The position numbers and the translations under genes were made by a program. This document shows, piece after piece, positions 1-9,406 of a stretch of DNA of 64,000 bases. Position 1 is the first letter of the stretch. Each line of letters starts with the position of its first letter. Source of the stretch: SAR324 cluster bacterium (GTDB lineage Bacteria > SAR324 > NAC60-12); the NCBI GenBank assembly GCA_015231825.1, contig JADGAV010000009.1:147870-211869 (forward strand), read 5' to 3'. The notes beneath the pieces were generated by a model. It had not been told where the DNA came from, did no database searches, and was given only the letters and a program-made list of their open reading frames with translations.

Positions 1-218
1 TCGAATAATGAATTTGATTCGGCAAAATTTCAGAAAATAGAAATGAATGAAAACATAGCCGAAATTGACAATTGCTCGATAAGAGAAAAGGCGGAATATC
101 CCTCAAGCCTTGTGTTTTCTGACAACGTCGCGCTATCTCAAATACCAGCTGAAGAAGATTTTAGGGAGAAATCTTCAAAATCGAGATTTGAGATAGAAGC
201 ACAAAATGATGATTTCTG

Positions 219-2201
219 ATGCTGGATCGCCTCCAGACAGCGTTGCAATCGGTTGACTCCATTACGGACCATTCAGAAGAATGGCTGTGGGAACTTTTGT
301 CTTCCCTTCCCCTTTCTCCCCTGTTAATTGATCGAAGTCTCTCACTGCTTAAAAAGCTCAAGCATCTCAATCTTGATTCTCCATACATTCTATCAACTCT
401 GCTTTTTTTTCTTTTTCCTGGAAAGGAAGATTTTTCGGGGCGAGAAGAAAAGATTTCTCCTTTGATTTTAAAGCACTACGAATCTCTTCAGAATATATTT
501 TCACTCGCCCCCAGTCTCCGCAGCAGAAATCAGGAAGAACTTTTTCTGAAAATGCTGATTGCGATGACAAAGGACCTGCAGCTGCTGGCCTCAATTTTGG
601 CAATTCAGCTTCAGGGTCTTGAATCAGTCGAGGATCTTTCTGAGGAAGAGCAACGCGTTTATTCACGGAAAATACTCGCAGTTTATGCCCCTTTGGCAGA
701 AAGGCTGGGAATTTTTTGGATTAAATCGGAATTGGAAGATATTGCATTGCGGTATGTAGCCCCGGAAATTTATTATGAACTGAAACAGAAAGTTGCCAAA
801 AAAAGAAATGACCGCTCCAGAATGATCGAAGAAATTACTCAAGAAATTCGACAACTGATGGAAGAAACTGAAATTCAGCATGAAGTCCAAGGGCGGTACA
901 AGCGATTTTATTCGATCTATCAAAAACTTCAGAAAGTCGATTATGACTTTGATCGTATCCAGGATTTGATTGGATTTCGAATTTTAGTCAACAATGTTCA
1001 CGATTGCTATAAGGCTTTGGGCTACGTTCATGAACGATGGTCTCCAAAACCCGGGCGTTTCAAAGACTATATTTCTAAACCAAAACCCAACCGATACCGC
1101 TCTTTGCACACAACAGTACTGGATGTGAATGGAGAATCAATTGAAATTCAAATCAGAACTCATGAAATGCATGAAGTAGCGGAGTTTGGCGTAGCGGCCC
1201 ATTGGCAGTACAAGAAAGGAATCAATCAGCACAATGGCAACTCAGAATTTTACGACAATCTCAGAAAAAAGGCCAACAATGAATTTGAAGGGGACAGACG
1301 ACCGGTAAAAAACACCGGAGATGACCTTTCCAATAAAATTGTTGGATTCAATCGAGGAAGGAAATTAGGTGGAGATAGGGAAGCATTAGAAACAGAAATT
1401 TCAAGTCCCGGCATAGATTTTCTTGAAAATAAAATTTATGTGCTGACTCCGCAGAATGATGTCATAGAATTGCCAAAAGGAGCCACTCCAGTTGACTTCG
1501 CCTATGCGATACATTCGAAAGTAGGCGATCATATCACCGCGGCAAAAGTCAATGGCAGGATATTGAAGCTTGATGATTGTCTTTCAAATGGAAATTGTGT
1601 TGAAGTGATCAATTCTCCGAAGCAAACTCCTCGATATGAGTGGCTCAAGTTTGTCAAGACCAGCAAAGCGAAAAACAAAATCCGTCATGCTGTTCGGAAA
1701 AAAGATCGCGAAACCAATAAAAAAGTAGGAATGGAATTGCTGGATAAAGAATTCAAACGACACGGTTTGAATTTCAATCGGGTGGTCAAAGACGGGACAC
1801 TTGAAAAAATGGTTCTCCAGAGAAAAAGCCATCCATTGGAGCAGACAGTCTGTGCAATCGGAGAAGGGGGAATGAAAGCCGGAGAAGTGGTTCAATGGTT
1901 TTTAGCCCCTGTAGAAGTAAAGACTGAAGAAGATAGTGCCCAGACCTCTCCGGACAAAAAAAAGCTCCGTTCTTCGATTGAAAGAAAGGGAAAATACGTC
2001 ATTGTAGAAGGAATGGACAACATGCTGGTTCGTTTTGCAAAATGCTGTTCTCCTGAAAATGGCAGTAAAATTTATGGTTATCTGACTCAGGGGAGAGGGA
2101 TAACCATCCATCGTGTGGAATGTCCTGACTTTCAACGTCTCGATGGAAGTCGTCAGATTTCAGCACATTGGGGGGAAGTGCCTGATGCAAAAACGGCCTA
2201 A
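219..2201 (+). CDS. relA: GTP pyrophosphokinase, RelA/SpoT family. RelA-like, with a short and degenerate N-terminal HD region, a synthetase domain, TGS and ACT.
   Basis: Synthetase-domain motifs DLIGFRILV...RYRSLHTTV...EIQIRTHEMHEVAEFGVAAHWQYK; TGS-like segment YVLTPQNDVIELPKGATPVDFAY; C-terminal ACT-like MLVRFAKCCSP...GITIHRVEC. The region aligning to the HD hydrolase lacks the H-D residues. Confidence 0.85.
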   Translation: MLDRLQTALQSVDSITDHSEEWLWELLSSLPLSPLLIDRSLSLLKKLKHLNLDSPYILSTLLFFLFPGKEDFSGREEKISPLILKHYESLQNIFSLAPSLRSRNQEELFLKMLIAMTKDLQLLASILAIQLQGLESVEDLSEEEQRVYSRKILAVYAPLAERLGIFWIKSELEDIALRYVAPEIYYELKQKVAKKRNDRSRMIEEITQEIRQLMEETEIQHEVQGRYKRFYSIYQKLQKVDYDFDRIQDLIGFRILVNNVHDCYKALGYVHERWSPKPGRFKDYISKPKPNRYRSLHTTVLDVNGESIEIQIRTHEMHEVAEFGVAAHWQYKKGINQHNGNSEFYDNLRKKANNEFEGDRRPVKNTGDDLSNKIVGFNRGRKLGGDREALETEISSPGIDFLENKIYVLTPQNDVIELPKGATPVDFAYAIHSKVGDHITAAKVNGRILKLDDCLSNGNCVEVINSPKQTPRYEWLKFVKTSKAKNKIRHAVRKKDRETNKKVGMELLDKEFKRHGLNFNRVVKDGTLEKMVLQRKSHPLEQTVCAIGEGGMKAGEVVQWFLAPVEVKTEEDSAQTSPDKKKLRSSIERKGKYVIVEGMDNMLVRFAKCCSPENGSKIYGYLTQGRGITIHRVECPDFQRLDGSRQISAHWGEVPDAKTA

Positions 2202-2236
2202 TCAAATATATAGAATCAATTTCCTTTTCTGCCAGT

Positions 2237-3385
2237 TCATTTTCCTTTTGGACAATAGAAAGATACTTTGTTGCCATTGAAAATAGGCTTAAACAGATCA
2301 TTCAAATCATTGTTTTCAATAATTGCCCCTGGGGAAGTCTGTTCTACGCTTCTCATTAAATATTCGCTGCCTTGATTGACAGATCCGAGTGAAGCTTTGC
2401 TTTTCTGCCGAATAGCGAGTTTAGAAAGGTTGATCAGATGCCCCTGATTTTCGAGATGGTCATGGAGTTCGAAATTGGTCCCTTTTTCCGGGTCTTCCAA
2501 AATTTCCCCGCAGGAAATAATCAGTAAAAGTACGGATCCTCCAGTTAAAAAACCTTTCAAAAAAAATCCTCGATTAGAATCTGCTCCGGACAGTTTATCT
2601 CGATAGGTTTGATAGGTTTTTGCAAGAGAAAGGAGAATGCCGACTAAAAGTACAAAAAACAAAAAACTCAGTAAAGCCTGGTCAAAAAAAGGTGGATTGC
2701 CATCAAATGGTGCTATCGTGGTGCAACCTAAATCAGGTTTGGGCTCTCTTCCCGATTTAGGATAGATTGTGACAATTCCGATGATGTCGTCTACCCCGAG
2801 ACGTAATCGCTCACGCTCTCTTCCGTATGACATGATGGAAGCCACATCTGAATGATCGTGTCCCAAACCGAAAGTGTGCCCGAGCTCATGGGTCACCGTT
2901 GATTCCAAAGATTTGGCATTCCAATCCAATCCTTCTCCAAGCCATACATCGGCTTCAACGATATGATCCCCTTCCGTTTTAAAAATAGAATACCCTGCGA
3001 AACCGGAGGGAACATCATTGCTGAAGCCAATAACATTGATGCCGTCATCATATTTAGGAGCAGATGCAATAAGTGTCGAATCTGCTTCAAAAAGCTCGGG
3101 AGAACTTTCCTGCAGATCTTCGATTTCAAAAAATGATCCTTTTACACCATTCCATTTTCCCATAGAGTGGCGAACGATGGTTGTGATTTCTTCGTCTGTC
3201 AAATCACAATTACAGCCTGAAGGATTGACAATAAATCGAATGGTATCTCCGTTGCTTACATTCCATTTGATGAATGTTCCATTGGCTGTAAACAGTGTAA
3301 ATCCGCTCAAGATAATCAAACAAAATCCAATCCAGCCAGCTTGCTTTAGAGAGATTTGGATTCTCTTTTGAAGTGCCTGTTTCAT
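2237..3385 (-). CDS. membrane-anchored zinc metalloprotease, matrixin/M10-like zincin (HEXXHXXGXXH plus Met-turn)
   Basis: HELGHTFGLGHDHSDVASIMSY motif; N-terminal signal-anchor MKQALQKRIQISLKQAGWIGFCLIILSGF; second hydrophobic segment after the catalytic domain. Start taken at the internal ATG at 3385, because the track start at 3400 is a TTG. Confidence 0.7.
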   Translation of the reverse strand: MKQALQKRIQISLKQAGWIGFCLIILSGFTLFTANGTFIKWNVSNGDTIRFIVNPSGCNCDLTDEEITTIVRHSMGKWNGVKGSFFEIEDLQESSPELFEADSTLIASAPKYDDGINVIGFSNDVPSGFAGYSIFKTEGDHIVEADVWLGEGLDWNAKSLESTVTHELGHTFGLGHDHSDVASIMSYGRERERLRLGVDDIIGIVTIYPKSGREPKPDLGCTTIAPFDGNPPFFDQALLSFLFFVLLVGILLSLAKTYQTYRDKLSGADSNRGFFLKGFLTGGSVLLLIISCGEILEDPEKGTNFELHDHLENQGHLINLSKLAIRQKSKASLGSVNQGSEYLMRSVEQTSPGAIIENNDLNDLFKPIFNGNKVSFYCPKGK

Positions 3386-3396
3386 AGCATTTTCAA

Positions 3397-3900
3397 TCAA
3401 ATTTTATAGGAAAGCAAAAACCCAAGCCATCCGACAAAAGAAGGTCCGGCGCTTTTGGAACCCAATATGGTTCCTCCTCCTCCAACGAGAGTCACGTATT
3501 GAAGCCGAAGACCAATTGAATTTGTTTTAATAAGATAAAATCCACCTCCAAAATTCAGATAGAGTGGGAGTGACACACCATGTATGGCGTAAACGTCACT
3601 TCCCAAAATTCCAAAAACTCCGTCGCTGCTCAGGGTATCAATTTTTTCAATTGAGACAAGACTCGCGCCCCCAAAAAAAGCAGTGTATTCGATATCGTTT
3701 TCCGTTTTGACTTTTAGAGTCAATCCATCGATCGGAGTTCCCGAAATATACAGAGAGTTAATTATTCCCCCAGAAGGGAAAGTGGCCGCCCCTGAAAGTT
3801 CCAACGCCTGCATGGCAGTAAAAGGGAAAAATCCCAGCAAGACGAGGAGGAACACGAAGCGATAGACTGCTGCAACATGAAAATTCATGGATTTCGTCAT
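3397..3900 (-). CDS. hypothetical secreted glycine-rich beta-strand-rich protein, paralog of the next gene
   Basis: Signal peptide MNFHVAAVYRFVFLLVLLGFFPFTAMQA. Alternating hydrophobic pattern with Gly-rich runs (GGGGTILG). Stop lies 11 bp upstream of the protease start. Start moved to an internal Met to avoid overlap with the upstream ORF. Confidence 0.4.
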   Translation of the reverse strand: MTKSMNFHVAAVYRFVFLLVLLGFFPFTAMQALELSGAATFPSGGIINSLYISGTPIDGLTLKVKTENDIEYTAFFGGASLVSIEKIDTLSSDGVFGILGSDVYAIHGVSLPLYLNFGGGFYLIKTNSIGLRLQYVTLVGGGGTILGSKSAGPSFVGWLGFLLSYKI

Positions 3901-3910
3901 ATTTGTTGTT

Positions 3911-4459
3911 TTACAGACTGATTTCCATTCCAAGATACCAAAAATTTCTGACACCGATTGCATACAATGGGTTCGCGCTGGGAATCAAGATGATAAAACT
4001 GTCCAAACCTATTTTGAAGGCAAAATCGCCGCTGATGCCGAAATTGGCCCCTGTGGTGACAACAACAGCAATGTTTGTTACTGACTCTGTATTTCCTTGG
4101 GCCTCACTGCTGGAGTTGGCCAACCCGATCCCTCCTCCGAGAAAAGTATCGACTGCGCCGCTGGAGATGGCGCGATACTGCAATGCCAACAGTCGTTCTT
4201 TTTCAAAAAATGAACCGTCGCTCTTAATTGCTCCACGGGCATAGGTCATTTCCCATCCATCCTGTGCGCCAAAGGCGATTTTTAATCCAAGAGTTGGCAA
4301 AGAAGCACTGTCTCCCCGATCAATTCCTCCGATCAGTCCGGAATAGAGAACCTCACCCGAACTGACTGCTGGCAATGCTACCAGGCTTCCTATCACCAGC
4401 ATGAGCGGCATTGCCAAAAAACCGGTTTGTCGATTCAATTTTCTGAAGGGATGGAGCAT
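3911..4459 (-). CDS. hypothetical secreted glycine-rich beta-strand-rich protein, paralog of the previous gene
   Basis: Canonical signal peptide MLHPFRKLNRQTGFLAMPLMLVIGSLVALPAVSSG. Gly-rich segments (FLGGGIGLANSS). Co-oriented and tightly spaced with the two downstream genes. Confidence 0.4.
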   Translation of the reverse strand: MLHPFRKLNRQTGFLAMPLMLVIGSLVALPAVSSGEVLYSGLIGGIDRGDSASLPTLGLKIAFGAQDGWEMTYARGAIKSDGSFFEKERLLALQYRAISSGAVDTFLGGGIGLANSSSEAQGNTESVTNIAVVVTTGANFGISGDFAFKIGLDSFIILIPSANPLYAIGVRNFWYLGMEISL

Positions 4460-4563
4460 ATCGGCAAAGGTGGATTCAAAAGTACAAAAGCAAAAACTTA
4501 GAGTGAGAAGCTCATTAAAAGGTTTAGTCATTATTGAAAGAACGACGGTAAATAATTAATAAG

Positions 4564-6081
4564 TCACATTGAAGAAGACATCATGGTCATTGCCAGTTCC
4601 GACAAGTCGATCTTTATTTTATATTGTCGCAGCAGGCCGCCAATCACAATCAGCACCCGTGCCATCAGGACAAAATTGTCAGGTATTTTGACTTTTGCCT
4701 GACGCATCACTTCCAGGTAATATTGCATCTTTGTTAAATCATGATATTCCCCGGTTTTTCCCTGGGATAGAAGCTCTTTCAATTTTTCCGGAAAAGGAGA
4801 ATCAAATCCTGCTTTTTGAAGAATCGTGTCAAACCCTTCAAACTGCTCCAACAGCAAGGCAGTTAACACTTCTCGATAGCTGCTCGTCTCTCGACTGGTC
4901 AGCCTGGCAACGGCACCAAAATCCAGGAGTGCGATTTTTCCGCGGGGGGTAACAAAAAAATTGCCGGGATGAGGGTCTGCGTGAAACAATCCGCTCATGA
5001 AAATTTGTTTTAAAAAACTATGCACCAACTCTTTGAGCAAAGATTCAGCGGCTGTCGGTACTTCCTTGAGAAACTGCCGAATCGGCATTCCTTCGATAAA
5101 ATACATTCCCATAGTGCGAGTCGTCAGCAGCTCTTTCACTAAAATGGGATACTCCCATTGCTGGTTTTGATAGGTGCCAAAAAACTGAGTGAGGTTGCTG
5201 GCTTCATGGTAATAATCCAACTCCTTAAGAATGCTTTTTGACAGTTCCCTTACAATTTGCTCCAGGTCAAGGGTTTCAACCTGGCGGTTGAAAATTTGAG
5301 CAACGGATTCAAAAAATTTGAGATCCGCCTGGATCAACTTTGAAACTCCAGGAATCTGAATTTTAATGGCGATTTCCGGTCCGTGAGACAACTGAGCCTT
5401 GTGAACCTGTCCAATGGAAGCGGTTGCCAATGGAACCGGATCAATAGTAGCGATCAGATCTTGCCATCGTGGACCAAAGGACTCTTCAAGAACCGGGACC
5501 ATCCTTTGCCATTCAATAGGGTTTGCCTGATCCTGAAGCTGAGCGAGTACATCGCTGTAAACTTGAGGAAGTCCGCTCGCGTGGCAGCTGATGAATTGTG
5601 CTGCCTTGACCCATGCCCCTCCCTGTTTTTTGCACAAAGCCGCAAGTTCATTCGCATTTTGCCGATGCATTTCCTCTTCACGCATTGTGTATTCAGATTT
5701 TGACAATGCAACGTTTCGGACTTTGAAAATTTGATGGCGCCCCATCAATTTCATGATTGTTTGGATCGCTTCAATGTAGCGGCCGCTGTTTGCATAGGTT
5801 TCGGAAATCGTTTTCCAACCTCCCCAGATACGTTCTTTCAACTCCTGCAGCTCTTCCATTGTCTCAAATGTCTTCGGAGAGTAGGACTGAAAGGAGCTTA
5901 AAATATCGGAAATTTGTTGATCGAACTGCTGCCAGAATGACGAGGAGTTCTGCCCTTCTTGTTTTTCCTTTTCAGAAGAAGGCGAAATCTCTTTCGGCAG
6001 GTCATTTCGCAATTCATCTGCCTTACTGATGAGGTCCGAAAAGAGCTGTTTTGATTTTTTTACGATTTGTTCAGAATCCAT
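4564..6081 (-). CDS. ubiB: UbiB/ABC1 atypical protein kinase family (AarF domain)
   Basis: ATASIGQVHKAQL, IAIKIQIPGV, HADPHPGNFFV and LLDFGAV motifs typical of the ABC1/UbiB family. Confidence 0.85.
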   Translation of the reverse strand: MDSEQIVKKSKQLFSDLISKADELRNDLPKEISPSSEKEKQEGQNSSSFWQQFDQQISDILSSFQSYSPKTFETMEELQELKERIWGGWKTISETYANSGRYIEAIQTIMKLMGRHQIFKVRNVALSKSEYTMREEEMHRQNANELAALCKKQGGAWVKAAQFISCHASGLPQVYSDVLAQLQDQANPIEWQRMVPVLEESFGPRWQDLIATIDPVPLATASIGQVHKAQLSHGPEIAIKIQIPGVSKLIQADLKFFESVAQIFNRQVETLDLEQIVRELSKSILKELDYYHEASNLTQFFGTYQNQQWEYPILVKELLTTRTMGMYFIEGMPIRQFLKEVPTAAESLLKELVHSFLKQIFMSGLFHADPHPGNFFVTPRGKIALLDFGAVARLTSRETSSYREVLTALLLEQFEGFDTILQKAGFDSPFPEKLKELLSQGKTGEYHDLTKMQYYLEVMRQAKVKIPDNFVLMARVLIVIGGLLRQYKIKIDLSELAMTMMSSSM

Positions 6082-6314
6082 GGCTTTGTTTCACAATGTC
6101 TGTCGGTCAGTATTGAATGATTTGACTTGATCTATCTTATTGAATCTAATAGATATTTTTTGTAAAAGAGCAAATTTTTTCTTTTGCTCAGATGTTTTTC
6201 CCAGGGAGGAAAAATGGTATTGGTTGCTTCGTCGTTTGAAAAATTCACGCTTCATTCTCTTTTCCGGCGGCAAACAAATTGTCGCAGTGAATCACTCAGT
6301 TTTACCATGAAATC

Positions 6315-7610
6315 ATGAAACCATTGATAAAAAAAATCGGTGTAATCGGATTAGGCTATGTTGGACTTCCGCTTGCGGTGGCATTTTCAAAAAAATACGA
6401 TGTTATAGGATTTGATACCAACGCTCAGAAGATTGAAGAATTGAAAGCTGGGATTGACCGTACCAGAGAAGTTTCTACGAACGAACTGGCCGCCAGTTCT
6501 CTTGCTTATACCATAGATCCCCAGGAAATTGAATCCTGTGATTTTATAATCGTCGCTGTACCGACACCGATTACAGAGGCAAAAATTCCTGATTTGATTC
6601 CTCTGCTTTCCGCAAGCAAAACCGTTGGAGAGCATCTTCGGCCTGGCACCACAGTGGTTTATGAATCCACTGTTTACCCCGGTGCGACTGAGGAAGATTG
6701 CGTCCCGCTCCTGGAAAAACATTCAGGATTGAAGTGTGGAACAGATTTTAAAGTTGGCTATTCTCCGGAACGGATCAATCCGGGAGATAAAGAGCACACG
6801 CTCACCAAGATCACTAAAGTAGTATCAGGCATGGATGCTGCGAGTCTTGAGCTGATTGCAGCGGTGTATGAAAGTATCATCGAAGCGGGTGTTTTTCGAG
6901 CCAGCTCAATTCCGGTTGCTGAAGCTGCAAAAGTTATTGAAAATACACAGCGTGATTTGAACATTGCCTTGATGAACGAACTCGCTTTAATCTTTGAAAA
7001 AATGAATATTCCTACCAAGGATGTTCTGGCTGCGGCTGGGACCAAATGGAATTTTCTAAAATTTACACCGGGTTTGGTTGGCGGGCATTGCATTGGAGTG
7101 GATCCCTATTATCTCACTTATAAATCGATGTCCCTGGGGTATCATCCCAATATGATTTTAGCCGGGAGACGAATCAATGATGGAATGGGACGCCTGATTG
7201 CAGAAAAAACAATTCGTCAGTTGATTGCAGCGGAAAAAAACATCAGAAAATCCCGAATTCTTGTTTTGGGCTTTACATTCAAGGAAAATGTTCCGGATGT
7301 GAGAAATACTAAAGTTGTTGATATCATAAATGAGCTTCGTGAATGGGGGGCTGAAATTGATATTTTCGATCCTGTCGCTGATGAAAATGATGCGCAGGAA
7401 GAATACCAGGTCCAGTTTATTTCAAATCCTTCTCCCAAAAGCTACCAGGCCGTGGTATTGACGGTTGGTCACCAAGTTTTTTTGAAACAGGGATTCGAGA
7501 TGCTGATCGATTATTTGGATTTGGAGTCAGGAGAGGGGGTCTTTATCGATGTCAAATCCTGCTTTCTTCCGGAAAATATTCCCGCCAATGTTTTGTACTG
7601 GAGTTTGTAG
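6315..7610 (+). CDS. nucleotide-sugar dehydrogenase (UDP-GlcNAc/ManNAc or UDP-glucose dehydrogenase family)
   Basis: N-terminal Rossmann motif IGVIGLGYVGLPLAVAF; catalytic-Cys region GGHCIGVDPYYL; C-terminal UDP-binding domain; 431 aa. Confidence 0.85.
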   Translation: MKPLIKKIGVIGLGYVGLPLAVAFSKKYDVIGFDTNAQKIEELKAGIDRTREVSTNELAASSLAYTIDPQEIESCDFIIVAVPTPITEAKIPDLIPLLSASKTVGEHLRPGTTVVYESTVYPGATEEDCVPLLEKHSGLKCGTDFKVGYSPERINPGDKEHTLTKITKVVSGMDAASLELIAAVYESIIEAGVFRASSIPVAEAAKVIENTQRDLNIALMNELALIFEKMNIPTKDVLAAAGTKWNFLKFTPGLVGGHCIGVDPYYLTYKSMSLGYHPNMILAGRRINDGMGRLIAEKTIRQLIAAEKNIRKSRILVLGFTFKENVPDVRNTKVVDIINELREWGAEIDIFDPVADENDAQEEYQVQFISNPSPKSYQAVVLTVGHQVFLKQGFEMLIDYLDLESGEGVFIDVKSCFLPENIPANVLYWSL

Positions 7611-7673
7611 AGAACGTTTCAGGAAAATCTCTTTTTTAAACCTAAAAATGCAACGACTTGATTGAACTGCATT

Positions 7674-8516
7674 TTAAGCATTGCTCGGCATCATTGACTC
7701 AATTTCCAGTTTCCGTTTTTTTTCCATTTGAAGCATTATCCATGTGGAAAATACTACTCCAATAGACACGACAATTACGATAATTGTCGCGATAGCATTT
7801 ATTTTTGGGCTGATACCAAGGCGCACACTGGAGAAGACTTTCATCGGAAGTGTCGTTGAACCCGGACCGGAAACGAAACTGGCAATAACGAGATCATCGA
7901 GAGAGAGGGTGAAAGCAAGTAGCCAGCCTGAAACCAATGCAGGAGATATGATTGGCAAAGTGATCACAAAAAACACTTTGAGGGGCGGAGCCCCAAGGTC
8001 CATTGCGGCTTCTTCGATCGAGATGTCCATATCCCTCAACCGGGAGGAGACGATGATTGCTACAAAGGAGCTCGCGAAAGTGACATGAGCGATCCAAATC
8101 GTCAGAGTTCCCCGACCCTCAGGCCATCCGAGCATCTGATCCATTGAAACAAACAAGAGCAGTAGCGACAAGCCGGTGATCACCTCCGGCATAACGAGAG
8201 GTGCGGTGATCATGCTTGAAAAAAGTGTTTTTCCTCGGAAACGTCGAAACCGCACCATAACAAATCCCGCCACCGTTCCAAGAATTAAAGCTCCGCACGC
8301 CGTTAAAAAAGCAATCTTCAAACTGCTCCATGCTGCATCTATTATCCCTTGATCTTGTAGCAATTCCCCATACCACTTGAATGAAAACCCTCCCCAGACT
8401 GTGACCAGTTTTGAGATGTTGAAAGAATAAAACATCAGAATAGCAATGGGAATATAGAGGAAGGCGTACCCGAATGCGAGAAAGAACATTATGCTGAGGG
8501 ACATGTGCGGCTTCAT
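7674..8516 (-). CDS. potI: putrescine/spermidine ABC transporter permease (PotI/PotC-like)
   Basis: Six-TM ABC permease with EAA-like loop (EEAAMDLGAPPLKVFF). 4-bp ATGA overlap with the upstream permease. Confidence 0.85.
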   Translation of the reverse strand: MKPHMSLSIMFFLAFGYAFLYIPIAILMFYSFNISKLVTVWGGFSFKWYGELLQDQGIIDAAWSSLKIAFLTACGALILGTVAGFVMVRFRRFRGKTLFSSMITAPLVMPEVITGLSLLLLFVSMDQMLGWPEGRGTLTIWIAHVTFASSFVAIIVSSRLRDMDISIEEAAMDLGAPPLKVFFVITLPIISPALVSGWLLAFTLSLDDLVIASFVSGPGSTTLPMKVFSSVRLGISPKINAIATIIVIVVSIGVVFSTWIMLQMEKKRKLEIESMMPSNA

Positions 8517-9406
8517 AAAACCTCCCTCGACTGATAGTGATGAAAAATCGCAAGAGGAAAGGCCAGCATGATGAGCATGACGATTGCTACGGCAGAAGCA
8601 ACCGGCCAGTCGCGATTATTGAAAAATTCCTGCCACAATACCTTTCCGATCATCAGCGTTTCAGATCCACCGAGGAGTTCTGGTATGACAAACTCTCCCA
8701 CTACGGGAATGAAAACTAGCATGGATCCCGCCATAATTCCGGGAAGAGAAAGCGGTAAAGTAATGCTGACAAATGATTTCCAGGGACGGGCGCCAAGATC
8801 TGAAGCAGCTTCGAGCAACGCATCATCGTGTTTGACCAGGTTCGTGAAAAGCGGGAGAATCATAAAAGGCATATAGGCATAAACGGTGCCGATGTAAACT
8901 GCTGTATTGGTGTTGAGGAGAGCCAGCGGTTCCGTGATCAGTCCCAATGACATTAAAAAATTATTGATGAGCCCATTGTTTTTAAGAATCCCAATCCAGG
9001 CGTAGATCCGGATTAAAAATGATGTCCACGAAGGGAGAACAATCAGCATCAGGAGCAAATTCCGAACGGCCTGGGAAGATCTGGCAATTCCATAGGCCAT
9101 AGGAAAACCAATCAAGAGACAATAGAATGTTGAAATAAAGGCGATTTTCAGTGAACTGATATAAGCGTTGGTGTACAAATCATCGGTAAGAAGAAACAGA
9201 TAGTTTCCGAAATTCAATTTAATGCTGAGGATTTCTTCCCCATATTCAAATAAGGAAGAGTATGGGGGTCTTGCAATCTGCAGTTCTGCAAAGCTGATTT
9301 TAAAAACGATCGCAAACGGAACGAGAAAGAAGAAGGATAACCAGAGGTATGGAAATGCAATAACCCAATCCCTGCCTCGTAATAATTTTTTCATGGGATT
9401 TTTCAT
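8513..9406 (-). CDS. potH: putrescine/spermidine ABC transporter permease (PotH/PotB-like)
   Basis: ABC permease topology with EAA loop (LEAASDLGARPWKSF). Start chosen at the internal Met that overlaps the ATPase stop. Confidence 0.8.
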   Translation of the reverse strand: MKNPMKKLLRGRDWVIAFPYLWLSFFFLVPFAIVFKISFAELQIARPPYSSLFEYGEEILSIKLNFGNYLFLLTDDLYTNAYISSLKIAFISTFYCLLIGFPMAYGIARSSQAVRNLLLMLIVLPSWTSFLIRIYAWIGILKNNGLINNFLMSLGLITEPLALLNTNTAVYIGTVYAYMPFMILPLFTNLVKHDDALLEAASDLGARPWKSFVSITLPLSLPGIMAGSMLVFIPVVGEFVIPELLGGSETLMIGKVLWQEFFNNRDWPVASAVAIVMLIMLAFPLAIFHHYQSREVL

